Of a DNA stretch of 64,000 bases, positions 27,846 through 38,133 are shown one piece after another. The position numbers were made by a program, and so were the translations under genes. Origin of the DNA: Thermoanaerobaculia bacterium (GTDB lineage Bacteria; Acidobacteriota; Thermoanaerobaculia; UBA5066); assembly GCA_038214715.1 (NCBI GenBank), contig JBBQRP010000012.1, forward strand, positions 43,634 to 107,633. Reading direction: 5' to 3'. The notes under the pieces are model-generated. The model did not search any database and was not told where the DNA came from. It was given only the letters and a program-made list of their open reading frames with translations. Position 1 is the first letter of the stretch; the number at the start of each line of letters is the position of its first letter.

Positions 27846-29935
27846 TCCCGCGCACCGGCCGGCCGGACCGCACGGAGCTTCTCGACGACTCTCACGGACA
27901 CCAGGCGGTCGTCCTGCTCGGTGCGGTCCAGGACCGGCATCCCCTCGAGGGTGTGCCCGAAGACGGTGTAGCCGCCGTCGAGGTGGCGCTGCGGGGCGAG
28001 GGCGACGAACCACTGCGAGCCGCCGGTATCGGCACCGGACAGCGCCATTCCGACGGCGCCTCTCTCGTACCGCAGGCCGTTGATCTCGTCCCGGATCGAG
28101 AATCCCGGGCCGCCGCTTCCGTCCCCACGGGGGTCGCCCGTCTGCACGACGAAATCGGGGACGACCCGGTGGATCACGAGACCATCGAAGTAATGCTTCG
28201 CGGCGAGCGCCCGGAACGTCTCGACCGTCACGGGCGCCTCCTCCGCGTCGAGCTCCAGCCGCACGGTGCCCCGCGCCGCCACGATCTCGGCCTCGAACGT
28301 GCTCTCGTTCGCCGCGCGCGAAAGCCGGTGATAGTCCTCCACGGACAGCCGGGTTTTCACGGGGATCGGGAGGAACGATCCCGGGGCGGCGCCGAATTTC
28401 TCCACGAGAAGCGCCCGCGCCTTCCCCCGCGTGACCAAGTCCGCGTCGTTCACGTGCGCCGCGACGAGGGGCCGCCCCGCGTCGCCGCGGGCCGCTGCCG
28501 CATCGAGCGCTCCGACCGTGAAGTCCGGCTCGGCGGCGTCGAACGCCGCCCCGAACGCCGCCGACCACGCGCGCTTCAGATCCTCACCGCCGGTCTCGAG
28601 AAGCGGAGCGGCCGCCTCGAGCGCCGTGTCCCGGACAGCCGGATCCCGGTCGATCAGGCCGGCGAGAAGCCATCGGGAACGCCTCGAATTCGGACTCTTC
28701 GACAACGAAGAGAGAGCGGCCGCGCGGACCCGGGCGGCCCGGTCGGCGAGAACCGCAGTCGCGAGCGCCTCCCCAGGCCCTACAATCTCGAGAAACTGCA
28801 ATGCTTCGGCCGCACCGAGGCGAAGCTCGAGCGAACCCGTGATCTGGGCGGCCTCCAGGCGCGAGACGGCGGCTCCCGGCGCGCGCGCCGCCGCATCGAG
28901 CCGCGTGAGCGACACGAGGGCAGTCTGGCCCCTCCAGCCTTTTCGCAGAAGGTTCTCCTCGAGCAGCGCGCGCGAAGCCGGTGCGTCGGGAAGAGCGCCG
29001 AGAAGACGCAGCGCAGCGATCGCCAGGCCCGGGAGAGGATCACGTGCGCGGAGGAGGGCGACGGCCATGGCACCATGGGCGAGCGCCTCGTCCCCTGCAA
29101 AGGCGCTTTTCCTGGAGAGTGAATGCAGCGCGGTCAGGGCCTGCACGGCAATCGACACGTCCCGGTTCGCAGCGAGGTCGACGAGGTCCGAAGCGCTCTT
29201 TTCATCCTCGAGGATTCCGAGGCCGCGTGCCGCCCAGGAAACGACGACCGGTTCGTCATACCCCTTTTCAAGCACCGCGCGCAGCGCGGGCGCCGCCTCC
29301 GGCCGCGGCTTGCGCGCCAGCGAATAGACGACCGCGTGCCTCAGCTCCCGAGCAGGATTCTCCTCTCCGAACACCGAAAGCAGGGCCGCCACCGTCCGCG
29401 CCTCCGGCTTGCGGAACATCGCGAGCGCGCTCGCGGAGCACGTCGACCCGGCGACCTCTCGCTTTCCGAGCGCAGCGAGGAGCGCGTCCGTCGCTTCCTT
29501 TCCGCCGATCTTCCCGAGCGCTTCGGCCGCGTTCGCGGCGGTCTTGGAATCTGGATCTCCGAGAGAGGCGGCGAGGAACTTCACGAGGCGCGCGTCGCCG
29601 GACACCCCCGCACCGAACGCCGCCGCGCGGCGGACGCTCGCGTCGACGTCCTTCAGGAGCACCGGCAGGAAGAGGACGGAGGCCGGATCCTTCAGACGCC
29701 CGACGGCGAGAGCAGTCTTCGCCCGCAGCCAGGGATCCGGCGAGACGGCCGTGCGGCCCGCGAGGAGGGGGTCGTACGCCCTCCGATCCTCCATCCCGAG
29801 GAGCCGGGCGAAGCTCTCGATGCGCTCGCGGTACGTTCCGCGCGGCGGGCCTTTCTCGGCGCCGAACGAAAAGCAGCCGGAAAGTGCCGCGAAAGAAAGA
29901 GCGAGAAGGGACGCGTTGCGGATCGCGCGCGTCAT
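27842..29935 (-). CDS. Lipoprotein with HEAT/ARM-like repeats and C-terminal cyclophilin-type peptidyl-prolyl isomerase domain
   Basis: Lipobox LSGC. A long alpha-helical repeat region is followed by a C-terminal cyclophilin fold (FHRVVPDFVVQTGDPRGDGSGGPGF...GAVGMALSGADTGGSQWFV). Confidence 0.8.
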   Translation of the reverse strand: MTRAIRNASLLALSFAALSGCFSFGAEKGPPRGTYRERIESFARLLGMEDRRAYDPLLAGRTAVSPDPWLRAKTALAVGRLKDPASVLFLPVLLKDVDASVRRAAAFGAGVSGDARLVKFLAASLGDPDSKTAANAAEALGKIGGKEATDALLAALGKREVAGSTCSASALAMFRKPEARTVAALLSVFGEENPARELRHAVVYSLARKPRPEAAPALRAVLEKGYDEPVVVSWAARGLGILEDEKSASDLVDLAANRDVSIAVQALTALHSLSRKSAFAGDEALAHGAMAVALLRARDPLPGLAIAALRLLGALPDAPASRALLEENLLRKGWRGQTALVSLTRLDAAARAPGAAVSRLEAAQITGSLELRLGAAEALQFLEIVGPGEALATAVLADRAARVRAAALSSLSKSPNSRRSRWLLAGLIDRDPAVRDTALEAAAPLLETGGEDLKRAWSAAFGAAFDAAEPDFTVGALDAAAARGDAGRPLVAAHVNDADLVTRGKARALLVEKFGAAPGSFLPIPVKTRLSVEDYHRLSRAANESTFEAEIVAARGTVRLELDAEEAPVTVETFRALAAKHYFDGLVIHRVVPDFVVQTGDPRGDGSGGPGFSIRDEINGLRYERGAVGMALSGADTGGSQWFVALAPQRHLDGGYTVFGHTLEGMPVLDRTEQDDRLVSVRVVEKLRAVRPAGARE

Positions 29936-29951
29936 GGACGTCCGCCCCGGA

Positions 29952-30710
29952 TCAGAGCCCGACGACGAGCCGGTCGCCGAGCACCGGAGGGAGCCCCGCG
30001 CGCTGGATCTTCCGCCGCGCGGCGCCCACGTCGTACGGAACGCGGTCGAAGTGAACGACCCGGGCCGTGGCGTCGTAGATCGCGTACGCGGCCCTGGGAT
30101 TGCGGTCCCTCGGCTGGCCCACGGAACCGGGGTTGACGAGATATCTCTTTCCGGGCTCGAGCCGCAGCTTGTATCGCGCCTCGCGCACGGCCTCCACCCG
30201 GATGCCGCCGGGCTCGAGGGTGAAGATCGAGGGAATGTGGCTGTGGCCGAAAAAGCACAGGTCGATCCCCTCGGAGAAACGGTGCAGCTGCACGAAGTTC
30301 AAGGATGCGTCGAAGTCGGAAAAAATGTATGCGTCTTCGTCGAGCGGCGAGCCGTGGCACACCACGAAGATCCCGTCCACGACCTCCGGCCCGAGCGGGA
30401 GCTTCTTCAGGAAATCCATGTTCTGCTTCGAGAGCCGATCGGTGGTCCAGCGGGCCGCCTCGAGCGCGGGCGGATTGAACAGCGCACCTTCGTCGACTCC
30501 CGAGACGACCTTGTCGTGGTTTCCGCGAACGGAGATCGTCGTCTTCCGGAGAGTCCGGAAGCGGTCGAGCACCTTGTTCGGGTCCGCCGCGTAGCCCACG
30601 AAATCGCCGAGGCAGACGACCCGGTCGAACGTCTTCCGCTTCACACGGCGCAACACCGCGGTCAAGGCCTCGTCGTTCGCATGGAGGTCCGAGAGGATGA
30701 GGTAACGCAC
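29952..30710 (-). CDS. Calcineurin-like metallophosphoesterase
   Basis: ILSDLHAN, GDFVGYA and GNHD motifs. GTG start 1 nt after the aroK stop. The track ORF extends to 31001. Confidence 0.75.
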   Translation of the reverse strand: MRYLILSDLHANDEALTAVLRRVKRKTFDRVVCLGDFVGYAADPNKVLDRFRTLRKTTISVRGNHDKVVSGVDEGALFNPPALEAARWTTDRLSKQNMDFLKKLPLGPEVVDGIFVVCHGSPLDEDAYIFSDFDASLNFVQLHRFSEGIDLCFFGHSHIPSIFTLEPGGIRVEAVREARYKLRLEPGKRYLVNPGSVGQPRDRNPRAAYAIYDATARVVHFDRVPYDVGAARRKIQRAGLPPVLGDRLVVGL

Positions 30711-30711
30711 G

Positions 30712-31233
30712 TCAGCAGCCCCCGGCGATGCGTGGGTCGAGCAGGAGAGCCAGCCTGCCGGCGACGTCGCCGGGATTCGCGTGTTGATCCACTTCCAGAG
30801 TCCGGTCCGCCATTTTATAGAAGGCGCGGCGCGCTTCCCACAGCAATCGGGCGGAATCCAGAGAATCGAACAGGGGGCGATCGGCCGCCTTGTCGCGGAG
30901 CCGGGCCGCGAGGACCTCGAACGGAGGGTCCAGGAAGACCGAAACCCCGTGTTCCCGCACGAAACGCACGTTCTCGGGGAACGTGAACGTGCCGCCTCCA
31001 AGGGCGATTACCGCGTGAGAGAGGGTAGCGGTCCCCCGGAGCAGCTCAGCCTCCCGCTCGCGGAAGTACGCTTCTCCGTGCGTTTCGAACGTCTCGCGGA
31101 TCGTCCGGCCCGAGATCGACTCGAACGCGAGGTCGAGGTCCACGAACGGCACGCCCCATCGGTCCGCAAGGATGCGTCCGCTCGTCGTCTTTCCGCTTCC
31201 CATGAACCCGACGAGGTACACGCGCCCGGGCAT
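30712..31233 (-). CDS. aroK: Shikimate kinase
   Basis: VYLVGFMGSGKTT P-loop and shikimate-kinase length (about 173 aa). The track ORF extends to 31635. Confidence 0.8.
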   Translation of the reverse strand: MPGRVYLVGFMGSGKTTSGRILADRWGVPFVDLDLAFESISGRTIRETFETHGEAYFREREAELLRGTATLSHAVIALGGGTFTFPENVRFVREHGVSVFLDPPFEVLAARLRDKAADRPLFDSLDSARLLWEARRAFYKMADRTLEVDQHANPGDVAGRLALLLDPRIAGGC

Positions 31234-31262
31234 CCGGGCTTCCCCGGAAGCGGAACGGCCGA

Positions 31263-32633
31263 TCAGCGTGGCGGGAAGCTCTTCAGCCACCGCTCGAGCC
31301 ACTTCGTGGAAACGCGGCCGCGGCGCACGTCGGGGTCGTCCAGGAGCCTGAGGTGCAGCGGGATCGTGGTCTTGACGCCTTCCACGATGAAGAGCTCCAG
31401 CGCGCGCCGTCCGCGGCTCAGTGCTTCCTCGCGGTCGCGGCCGTGCACGATGAGCTTCGCGATGAGGGAGTCGTAGTAGGGCGGGATCTTCCATCCCGAG
31501 TACGCCGCCGTGTCGACGCGGACGCCGGGGCCGCCCGGAAGATGGAGCGTCGTGATGGTTCCCGGCGAGGGCGAGAACGTGACCGGATCCTCGGCGTTGA
31601 TCCGGAATTCGATCGCGTGCCCTTGAGGCCTCCATCCCAGCCCGTCACCCGGCGGCGTCGGCCCGAACGAAAGCGGCTCTCCGGCCGCCACACGGATCTG
31701 CTCCTTCACGAGGTCGAAGCCGGTCACCATCTCGGTCACGGGGTGCTCGACCTGGATCCGCGTGTTCATCTCCATGAAGTAGAAGGAGCCGTCGTCGTCG
31801 AGCAGGAACTCCACGGTTCCCGCGCCGACGTAATCGACGGCCCGCGCGACGGCGATCGCGGCCGCGCCCATCTTCGCGCGCAGGGCGTCCGTGAGCGCGG
31901 GCGAGGGAGACTCCTCGAGGACTTTCTGATGCCGCCGCTGCAGCGAGCACTCGCGCTCGCCGAGATGCACGATCCGGCCCGCGCGGTCCCCGAAGATCTG
32001 GATCTCGATGTGGCGCGGCTCGGCGAGGTACTTCTCGAGATAGACGCTGCCGTTCCCGAAGGCGCGCTCGGCCTCCGCGGTCGCGAGATCGAATGCCGCC
32101 GCGAGCTCCTTGTCGGACCTCGCGACGCGCATGCCGCGCCCGCCGCCACCGGCCACCGCCTTCAGGAGAACCGGGTACCCGACGCCCTCGGCGAGGTTCA
32201 TCGCGTCCTCGATGGAATCGAGCGGTCCGGGGCTGCCGGGAACCGTGGGCACGCCCACCTTCCGGACCGTCTCCTTCGCGACCGCCTTGTCGCCCATCCG
32301 CCGGATCGCGTCCGGTGAGGGCCCGATCCACTTCAGGCCGACCTCCTCGAGGATTTCGGCGAAGTGCGCGTTCTCGGCCAGGAACCCGTAGCCCGGATGC
32401 ACGGCGTCGGCGCCCGTAATCTCCGCGGCGGCGACGAGCGACGTGATGTTCAGGTAGGACCCCGACGGCGCCGCAGGCCCGATGCAGACGGACTCGTCCG
32501 CCGCGCGCACGTGCAGCGAGTCGCGGTCCGCCTCCGAGTGGACCGCCACCGTGGCGATCGACAGCTCCTTGCACGCCGCGATGACACGCAGCGCGATTTC
32601 TCCGCGATTGGCGACGAGGATCTTCTGAAACAT
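31263..32633 (-). CDS. accC: Acetyl-CoA carboxylase biotin carboxylase subunit
   Basis: [20 protein letters not shown]... ATP-grasp domain and a biotin-carboxylase C-domain. Confidence 0.92.
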   Translation of the reverse strand: MFQKILVANRGEIALRVIAACKELSIATVAVHSEADRDSLHVRAADESVCIGPAAPSGSYLNITSLVAAAEITGADAVHPGYGFLAENAHFAEILEEVGLKWIGPSPDAIRRMGDKAVAKETVRKVGVPTVPGSPGPLDSIEDAMNLAEGVGYPVLLKAVAGGGGRGMRVARSDKELAAAFDLATAEAERAFGNGSVYLEKYLAEPRHIEIQIFGDRAGRIVHLGERECSLQRRHQKVLEESPSPALTDALRAKMGAAAIAVARAVDYVGAGTVEFLLDDDGSFYFMEMNTRIQVEHPVTEMVTGFDLVKEQIRVAAGEPLSFGPTPPGDGLGWRPQGHAIEFRINAEDPVTFSPSPGTITTLHLPGGPGVRVDTAAYSGWKIPPYYDSLIAKLIVHGRDREEALSRGRRALELFIVEGVKTTIPLHLRLLDDPDVRRGRVSTKWLERWLKSFPPR

Positions 32634-32643
32634 CGGTCGATTT

Positions 32644-33135
32644 TCAGCGCGGCTGGATCGCGAAGAGCTTCTCTCCGAACTCCACGGGCTGCGCGTTCTG
32701 CGGGAAGATGGAGATCACCGTTCCCGCGACGTCCGCCTCGATTTCGTTCATGAGCTTCATCGCCTCGACGATGCAAAGGGTCTTGCCCTTCTCCACGACG
32801 TCGCCGACCTTCACGAAGGGATCGGAGTCCGGATTCGCCGAACGGTAGAACGTCCCGACGATCGGCGCGGTGATGACGTGGAAGCCCTCGCGCTCGCCGG
32901 AGCCCGTCGGGCCGGGCGACACGTGCGGGGCGGCCAACGCGCCCTGCGAGGCAGGCGGCAGCGCGGGCGCTTCCTGCGGAATCGGCTCGGCGACCGCGTG
33001 CGTGAAGACCGGAGCCGCGCGTTGGGCGGGCGCGCCCTCGATGCGAAGGCGGAAGCCCGCCCGCTCGATCTCGAGGCCCGCAAGGCCCCGGCGCGACACC
33101 AGTTCGACGAGTTCCTTGATCTCCTTGACGTTCAT
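32644..33135 (-). CDS. accB: Biotin carboxyl carrier protein
   Basis: Biotinyl-lysine motif [15 protein letters not shown] and a Pro/Ala linker. Confidence 0.9.
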   Translation of the reverse strand: MNVKEIKELVELVSRRGLAGLEIERAGFRLRIEGAPAQRAAPVFTHAVAEPIPQEAPALPPASQGALAAPHVSPGPTGSGEREGFHVITAPIVGTFYRSANPDSDPFVKVGDVVEKGKTLCIVEAMKLMNEIEADVAGTVISIFPQNAQPVEFGEKLFAIQPR

Positions 33136-33175
33136 CGTTCCCTTTCGGTTCCTTTCGGCCGTCCCGTCGTTCCGT

Positions 33176-34825
33176 TCACCGGACCGCCGGCCGGAGCGCG
33201 CGCGCCGTACGCGCCGCTTCCCAACGGATCTCGCCCAGCACCGCGTCCGGGTCGACCTGCAGGATGAGAGAGTAGTCGGCGTTCACCCGCGAGACGACCG
33301 CGGCTCCGGTGGGGCCCGCGACAGCGAACGATTCGAGCTCGCCCGCTCCCGTCTCGGAGGTCGTCCGGCGGACGTTCTTCAGGAACGAGCTCAGCTCCGC
33401 GACGAGGACTTCCATTCCGGCGTCGCGCGAGGCCGTTCCGGCCATCACCACCGGAAGACCCTCGAGATCCGTCAGGGTCGCGGCGCGGATGCCCTCCGTG
33501 CCTTCGACGAGATTCGAGATGACGCCGTGGAGATGATCGACGGTCACCTCCATCCGGTTGGGGAACCGCCTTGCAAGGCGTCGCAGCCGGGGATGATCCG
33601 TCCGTTCGCCTCCCGGAACCGACGCCGCCTTTTCGCGAAGGGTGCGCGCACGCTCTTCGTCGGCGGCCGCCTCCGCGAGCGTTCGATAGGTCTCGCGCGC
33701 GTCCGCCATGTGCCCCTGCGCGCGGTAGAGATCGCCGAGGGTCTCGGAGACGAGAGGCTCCTCGGGCACACGCACCGGGGCCGCCGCGGCCCGCTGGAGA
33801 AGAGGCTCGGGAGCTCCGAGACGCGCGGCCGGCGTTTCCTCCGGCTCGACCGGGATGTCGAACGGCGCCGTCTCGACGGGTTCGGGTGGCCGCGCCTGGG
33901 CTTCCGTGCGGTAGAGATCCACCGGGAACGTGAAGGGGGCGGTTGCCTCTTCCTCCGGGACGTCGGACTCGCCGCCCGCGTCACCGAACGTGAACGGGGG
34001 CATTTCCGGCCCGGCCTCCTCGCGTACCGCCCGAATGGGCGCCGTGAAAGGCGAGAGCGCCGGCGGCGAGATCGCCTTCGCCGGGGGTTCCGGCGGCTGA
34101 ACGATGGTTTCTTCGAGCGCCGCGGGCGTCTCGAGGCGGGCTGGCTCCGCGGGGCCGGACCGGGCGGCCTTGACGGCCCTCGCGAGGACACCCCCGTCAT
34201 ACGTCATCGCCATGAGGTCCGGCGCCGTCTCGCGGGGAAGAGGCGGTGCCGCTTCGGGCGGGGCCGGCGTGCGGTCGAGCCGCGGAATCATCGCGACGCG
34301 GCGGACGCCGCTCGCGTAGTGCGATGGGCGCGGGGTCTCGCCGGATTCGGAAAGCGCCTGATGAACGCCGGAGCGGGGCCGCTCGGCCACCGCGGCCGAC
34401 ATCTCCCCTTCGAGCCGCTGGATGATCTCGGATACGTCGCGATCGCCGGCCTTCAGGCCCCTGTAGAGCTTCAGTTTCTTGATCGCCTCGATCTTGTCGC
34501 CCTTCGCGAGGTAGACCTCCGCGAGCTGCCGGATCGCGACGAGGTTCTCACGGTCGATCCGGAGGGCATTCGTGAACGCACGAATCGCGTCCTCGAGCCG
34601 GTCCAGCTGCTGATAGGTCCTTCCGAGAGCGACGAAGGCCGCCACGGACGTCGAGTGCATTTGAAGGCCGCGTTCGAGCGTGATGACCGCGTCGCGGTAC
34701 TTGCCGTGGCGCCGGTATTCCTCCGCGAGCGCGAGGAACTGGCGGGACGTCGGGTCCTTCTGGAGGAGCCTCTTGAGCTCCTCCAGGCGAGAGACCGGGG
34801 TGGAAGGACCGCCGAAGAGCGCCAT
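33176..34825 (-). CDS. TPR-repeat protein with Pro-rich linker and C-terminal roadblock/LC7 domain
   Basis: N-terminal TPRs (about 130 aa), a roughly 250-aa Pro/Ala/Glu-rich region and a second TPR, then a C-terminal roughly 110 aa matching the Robl/LC7 (MglB-like) pattern ([20 protein letters not shown]...[28 protein letters not shown]). Confidence 0.7.
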   Translation of the reverse strand: MALFGGPSTPVSRLEELKRLLQKDPTSRQFLALAEEYRRHGKYRDAVITLERGLQMHSTSVAAFVALGRTYQQLDRLEDAIRAFTNALRIDRENLVAIRQLAEVYLAKGDKIEAIKKLKLYRGLKAGDRDVSEIIQRLEGEMSAAVAERPRSGVHQALSESGETPRPSHYASGVRRVAMIPRLDRTPAPPEAAPPLPRETAPDLMAMTYDGGVLARAVKAARSGPAEPARLETPAALEETIVQPPEPPAKAISPPALSPFTAPIRAVREEAGPEMPPFTFGDAGGESDVPEEEATAPFTFPVDLYRTEAQARPPEPVETAPFDIPVEPEETPAARLGAPEPLLQRAAAAPVRVPEEPLVSETLGDLYRAQGHMADARETYRTLAEAAADEERARTLREKAASVPGGERTDHPRLRRLARRFPNRMEVTVDHLHGVISNLVEGTEGIRAATLTDLEGLPVVMAGTASRDAGMEVLVAELSSFLKNVRRTTSETGAGELESFAVAGPTGAAVVSRVNADYSLILQVDPDAVLGEIRWEAARTARALRPAVR

Positions 34826-34873
34826 GTGCGTTAGCTCGACTCCGAAGTCTACGGCATTGGGTTCCGGAGACAG

Positions 34874-34900
34874 TTCGGGCCGCCCGGAGGCGGCCCGAAC
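34874..34900 (-). terminator. Perfect GC hairpin (12-bp stem) between the IPT/TIG gene and the TPR-roadblock gene
   Basis: GTTCGGGCCGCC-TCCG-GGCGGCCCGAAC on the transcribed strand with no T-tract, which is common in high-GC genomes. Confidence 0.45.
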
Positions 34901-34921
34901 GAGACTGGCTGAAATCGGTTC

Positions 34922-37516
34922 TCAGTTCACCACGAGTGAGTAGACCCTCGACGCCGTATTGGCCGCCGAGTCGGCGACGTTGATCGTGACGCTGACCGTG
35001 CCGGCTACCGCGGGCGTTCCGGAAATGACTCCGCCGGCGCTGATGACCATCGCCGCGGGGAGTCCGGACGCCGACCAGACGTAGCCGACTCCCGTGCCGC
35101 CGACCGCCGTCATCGCCACGGGACCGTAAGCCACAGTTGCGGTGCCGGAGGGAAGAGACCCGGTCGTGATCGTGACCGGCGCTCGACAGGACGTGTCGAT
35201 CGGGTTGTACACGAGGACGTTCGGCAGGTCGACCGTGCAGCCCGTGCGCGCGCTCTTCAGGCGGATTCCGAACGACGTCGGCACGTACTTGACGCCCGAA
35301 ACCGTCCCTCCGATCAGGCAGTTCTGCTGGTTGAGAGAAATGTTCTGGACGGCGGGCGCGCTGAACGTGAGGCTGGACGAGTTCGAGACGGTGGCGTTGT
35401 TGATCGGTGTGTTCGGAACCGGGACCCCGTCCTTGATGATCTGCACCGTCATCGGATCCGTGAAGTTGCTTCCCGTGACCGTGACGACGACGGGCGTCGT
35501 TCCCGTCGGCCCGGGGAACGCCGAGCCATCCTGGTTCAGGTTGTTCGGCGACGCGTTCGTCGCGACGGGGGGATCGATCCGGTACGTGAACGGCACGATG
35601 AGCGGGGACGGCGTGCACGCGAGGTTCAGGAACGTGATCTCGATCGCCCCGATGAGGTCGGCGCAAACCGGGCTGCCGCCGAGGATCTGGTTGACCGGGG
35701 GCATGTTGACGAGGATCGCGTTGGACGAGACGGAGGGCGCGTTCAGGGGCACGAGAATCCCGCCCGTCCGGAAGTTCGCGACGATCGGCTCCTCGAAGTT
35801 CGCGCCAGAAATCGTAACGGTCGTCGCGACGGTGCCGTTCCCGGCGCTCGGCGAGGCGTTTCCGATGGTCGGACACGAGTAGTACTTGAACGCGGCGGGA
35901 ATGTTCGCCGTCTTTCCCGTGCTCGGATTCACGATGACGATGTCGACGAGCTGGTTCAGGAGACACACGTTGTTCGAGGCGATTGGCGTCTTGAAGACGA
36001 TCGTGTTCACCGAGATGTCAGAAACCTGGCCCTCGACGCGCTGCGCGCCGCAGTTGCCGCCGGTCATGAAGACCTGCATCGGGAACTGGAACCCGGTGCC
36101 AAAGATCGAAACCCGCGTCGAAGAGTCGTTCGGGCCGGTGCGCGGCGAGACCGAGTAGATGACCGGATCGAGGGGTTTTGCCGTGTAGGCGAAGGCGTTC
36201 GCGACCCGCGCGCATCGCTGGTTGACGCTCCCGAGGTCCGTCACGGTCACGTCTACCGTCTCCGGCACGTCCGGGTTGGCCAGCACGCGCCTTGGGCTCG
36301 ACACGACGATCGTCGTGTTCGAGACGTTCCCGACGATCGTGGCCGGGATGCCGCCGAAATCCACCTTGAGGAGAGCCGCATTCGTCCCGAAGCCGCTGCC
36401 TGTAATCGTGACGGTGAGGCCTCCGTCGGAGACGCCGCTGTTCGGCGCAATGCTGGACACGAAGAAGCTCGGGTCCGTATTGCACGCCGCGTTTCCGCCC
36501 GTGCCGCTGTAGGTGAACGGCTTCGGAGCGGTGGCCGATTGCTGAGAGACGAGGCCGATGTCCCGCGTGACGATGACGTCGCACGCCTCGGAAACTGCCG
36601 GGTTCGCGAGGATGTGCGTCGGCGTCGACACCGTGATCAGCGAATCCACCTGGGCGACGATCTGCGCGGACTTTCCGCAGAACGTGACCTGGGTCGTGGC
36701 GAGGTTCGTGCCGAAGTTACGGCCGAGGATCTGGACCGAGTCTCCGCCCGCCGGCGAGCCCGCAACCGGAGAGATCGACGAGATGGACATTTTCTGGGCG
36801 TCCGGAATGCACGCGTAAGTGAAGAGCGTCGCCGCGGGCGGCGAGGGGACGCCGTTCACGACGACGATGACCGGTACCGATTCCGGAACCGCAGGGTTCT
36901 TGAGGGTGCGCGCGGGCGTCAGCACCTTGATCTGTGTGTTCCCCGCGGTCGCCACAGACCCTTCGATGCCGCCAAAGAAGACGCGGACGTTCGTGCCGTT
37001 CCCGAGACGCACGCCCTGGATCGTCACGGAGTCGCCGCCAGCGCACGAGCCGTTCGTCGGAAGGAACGAAGTGATGATCGGGCCGACGTCCTGGACGCCC
37101 TGGAACTGGAGATTCTTCTGCGCGCGGGCGCAGTCGAAGACCGCGGTGACTTGCGCTGTTCCGGAGGCGTTCGTCGAGACGACCGTCACGTCCGCAACGC
37201 CGCCGATGGTCGTCTTCGAGACCGCGTTGAGCCCGTTTTCGTTGAAGAACCCGAGCGTCGTCGAGAATTGCACGGATCCGCCGTCCGGCACGGGCACGCC
37301 GTTCTTCGTGACCGTCGCGCGCACGATCGAACCGGAGCCCACGAAGGGGTTGTCCGTCGTTGCCGTGAGCGTGACGAGCGTCGTGCACGAGCCGCCCGGG
37401 ATCTGGCCGGGCGGGGTCGCGGTACCGGGCGCCGTCGGCGTCTCGCCGGAGCAGCCGCTCAGGAGAACGGCAAGGCCCGCGACCAACGCGGCGTTCGAAA
37501 TCTGAAAACGTCGCAT
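34922..37516 (-). CDS. Large lipoprotein with multiple IPT/TIG-like Ig-fold domains and a C-terminal putative Ig (He_PIG-like) domain
   Basis: Lipobox LLSGC. At least 6 repeated IPT-like units (SIAPNSGVSDGGLTVTITGSGFG... and similar). C-terminal TGSLPSGT...ASGLPAAMVISAGGVISGTPA. ATG at 37516; the track ORF extends to 37540. Confidence 0.72.
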   Translation of the reverse strand: MRRFQISNAALVAGLAVLLSGCSGETPTAPGTATPPGQIPGGSCTTLVTLTATTDNPFVGSGSIVRATVTKNGVPVPDGGSVQFSTTLGFFNENGLNAVSKTTIGGVADVTVVSTNASGTAQVTAVFDCARAQKNLQFQGVQDVGPIITSFLPTNGSCAGGDSVTIQGVRLGNGTNVRVFFGGIEGSVATAGNTQIKVLTPARTLKNPAVPESVPVIVVVNGVPSPPAATLFTYACIPDAQKMSISSISPVAGSPAGGDSVQILGRNFGTNLATTQVTFCGKSAQIVAQVDSLITVSTPTHILANPAVSEACDVIVTRDIGLVSQQSATAPKPFTYSGTGGNAACNTDPSFFVSSIAPNSGVSDGGLTVTITGSGFGTNAALLKVDFGGIPATIVGNVSNTTIVVSSPRRVLANPDVPETVDVTVTDLGSVNQRCARVANAFAYTAKPLDPVIYSVSPRTGPNDSSTRVSIFGTGFQFPMQVFMTGGNCGAQRVEGQVSDISVNTIVFKTPIASNNVCLLNQLVDIVIVNPSTGKTANIPAAFKYYSCPTIGNASPSAGNGTVATTVTISGANFEEPIVANFRTGGILVPLNAPSVSSNAILVNMPPVNQILGGSPVCADLIGAIEITFLNLACTPSPLIVPFTYRIDPPVATNASPNNLNQDGSAFPGPTGTTPVVVTVTGSNFTDPMTVQIIKDGVPVPNTPINNATVSNSSSLTFSAPAVQNISLNQQNCLIGGTVSGVKYVPTSFGIRLKSARTGCTVDLPNVLVYNPIDTSCRAPVTITTGSLPSGTATVAYGPVAMTAVGGTGVGYVWSASGLPAAMVISAGGVISGTPAVAGTVSVTINVADSAANTASRVYSLVVN

Positions 37517-37529
37517 GGAAGTCACCTCG

Positions 37530-38123
37530 TCACTGGGCACGCTTCAGCTCGATGCGTCCAGCGGTCGGATTAAAGAAGAAGATCAGATCGAAGGTCGCCA
37601 CGTTGGAGACGACGGGCTGGCCGGAGAGCGTGTGACCGTACCAGGTCACTTTCCCGGCCTGCCGGATTTCCGCGCGCCCGGTTTCCTTGTCGACTCCCCC
37701 GTTGAACGGGAAGAGCTGGTCGAGGGGAGGACGAATGAGGCTGTCCCCCGACATGTACGGGTAGTTCGCGAGAGTCGAGCTCCCGCCGGCGGGAACGATC
37801 ACGTTGCCGCCGAACGTCTGCTGGGGGGATGCCGTCTTTCCTCCGTCGATCCGGGCCCACACGACGATGTACTGGTCGATCTGGACGTCCAGGAACTGGA
37901 GCGACGTCCCTCCCGGACTCTTGAGGCGGCAGGTGAGAGTCGTCGTCGCGAACTGGACGGGAACGTTCGACGCCACGTTCACGGAGAGCGGCAACAGCGT
38001 GAAGTTCCCGAAGAGGAACACCGGAGTTGCGCTGTCTCCCTGTGTGTTCGTCGAGCAACCCGGGAGCGCGACGAGCGCCGCCGCCGCCGTGGCCGCGAGA
38101 AGGGACTGTGTGAGTTTTTTCAT
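37530..38123 (-). CDS. Lipoprotein, hypothetical
   Basis: Signal peptide plus lipobox ALPGCS. No recognisable domain. Confidence 0.6.
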   Translation of the reverse strand: MKKLTQSLLAATAAAALVALPGCSTNTQGDSATPVFLFGNFTLLPLSVNVASNVPVQFATTTLTCRLKSPGGTSLQFLDVQIDQYIVVWARIDGGKTASPQQTFGGNVIVPAGGSSTLANYPYMSGDSLIRPPLDQLFPFNGGVDKETGRAEIRQAGKVTWYGHTLSGQPVVSNVATFDLIFFFNPTAGRIELKRAQ

Positions 38124-38133
38124 CGTCCGCTCC

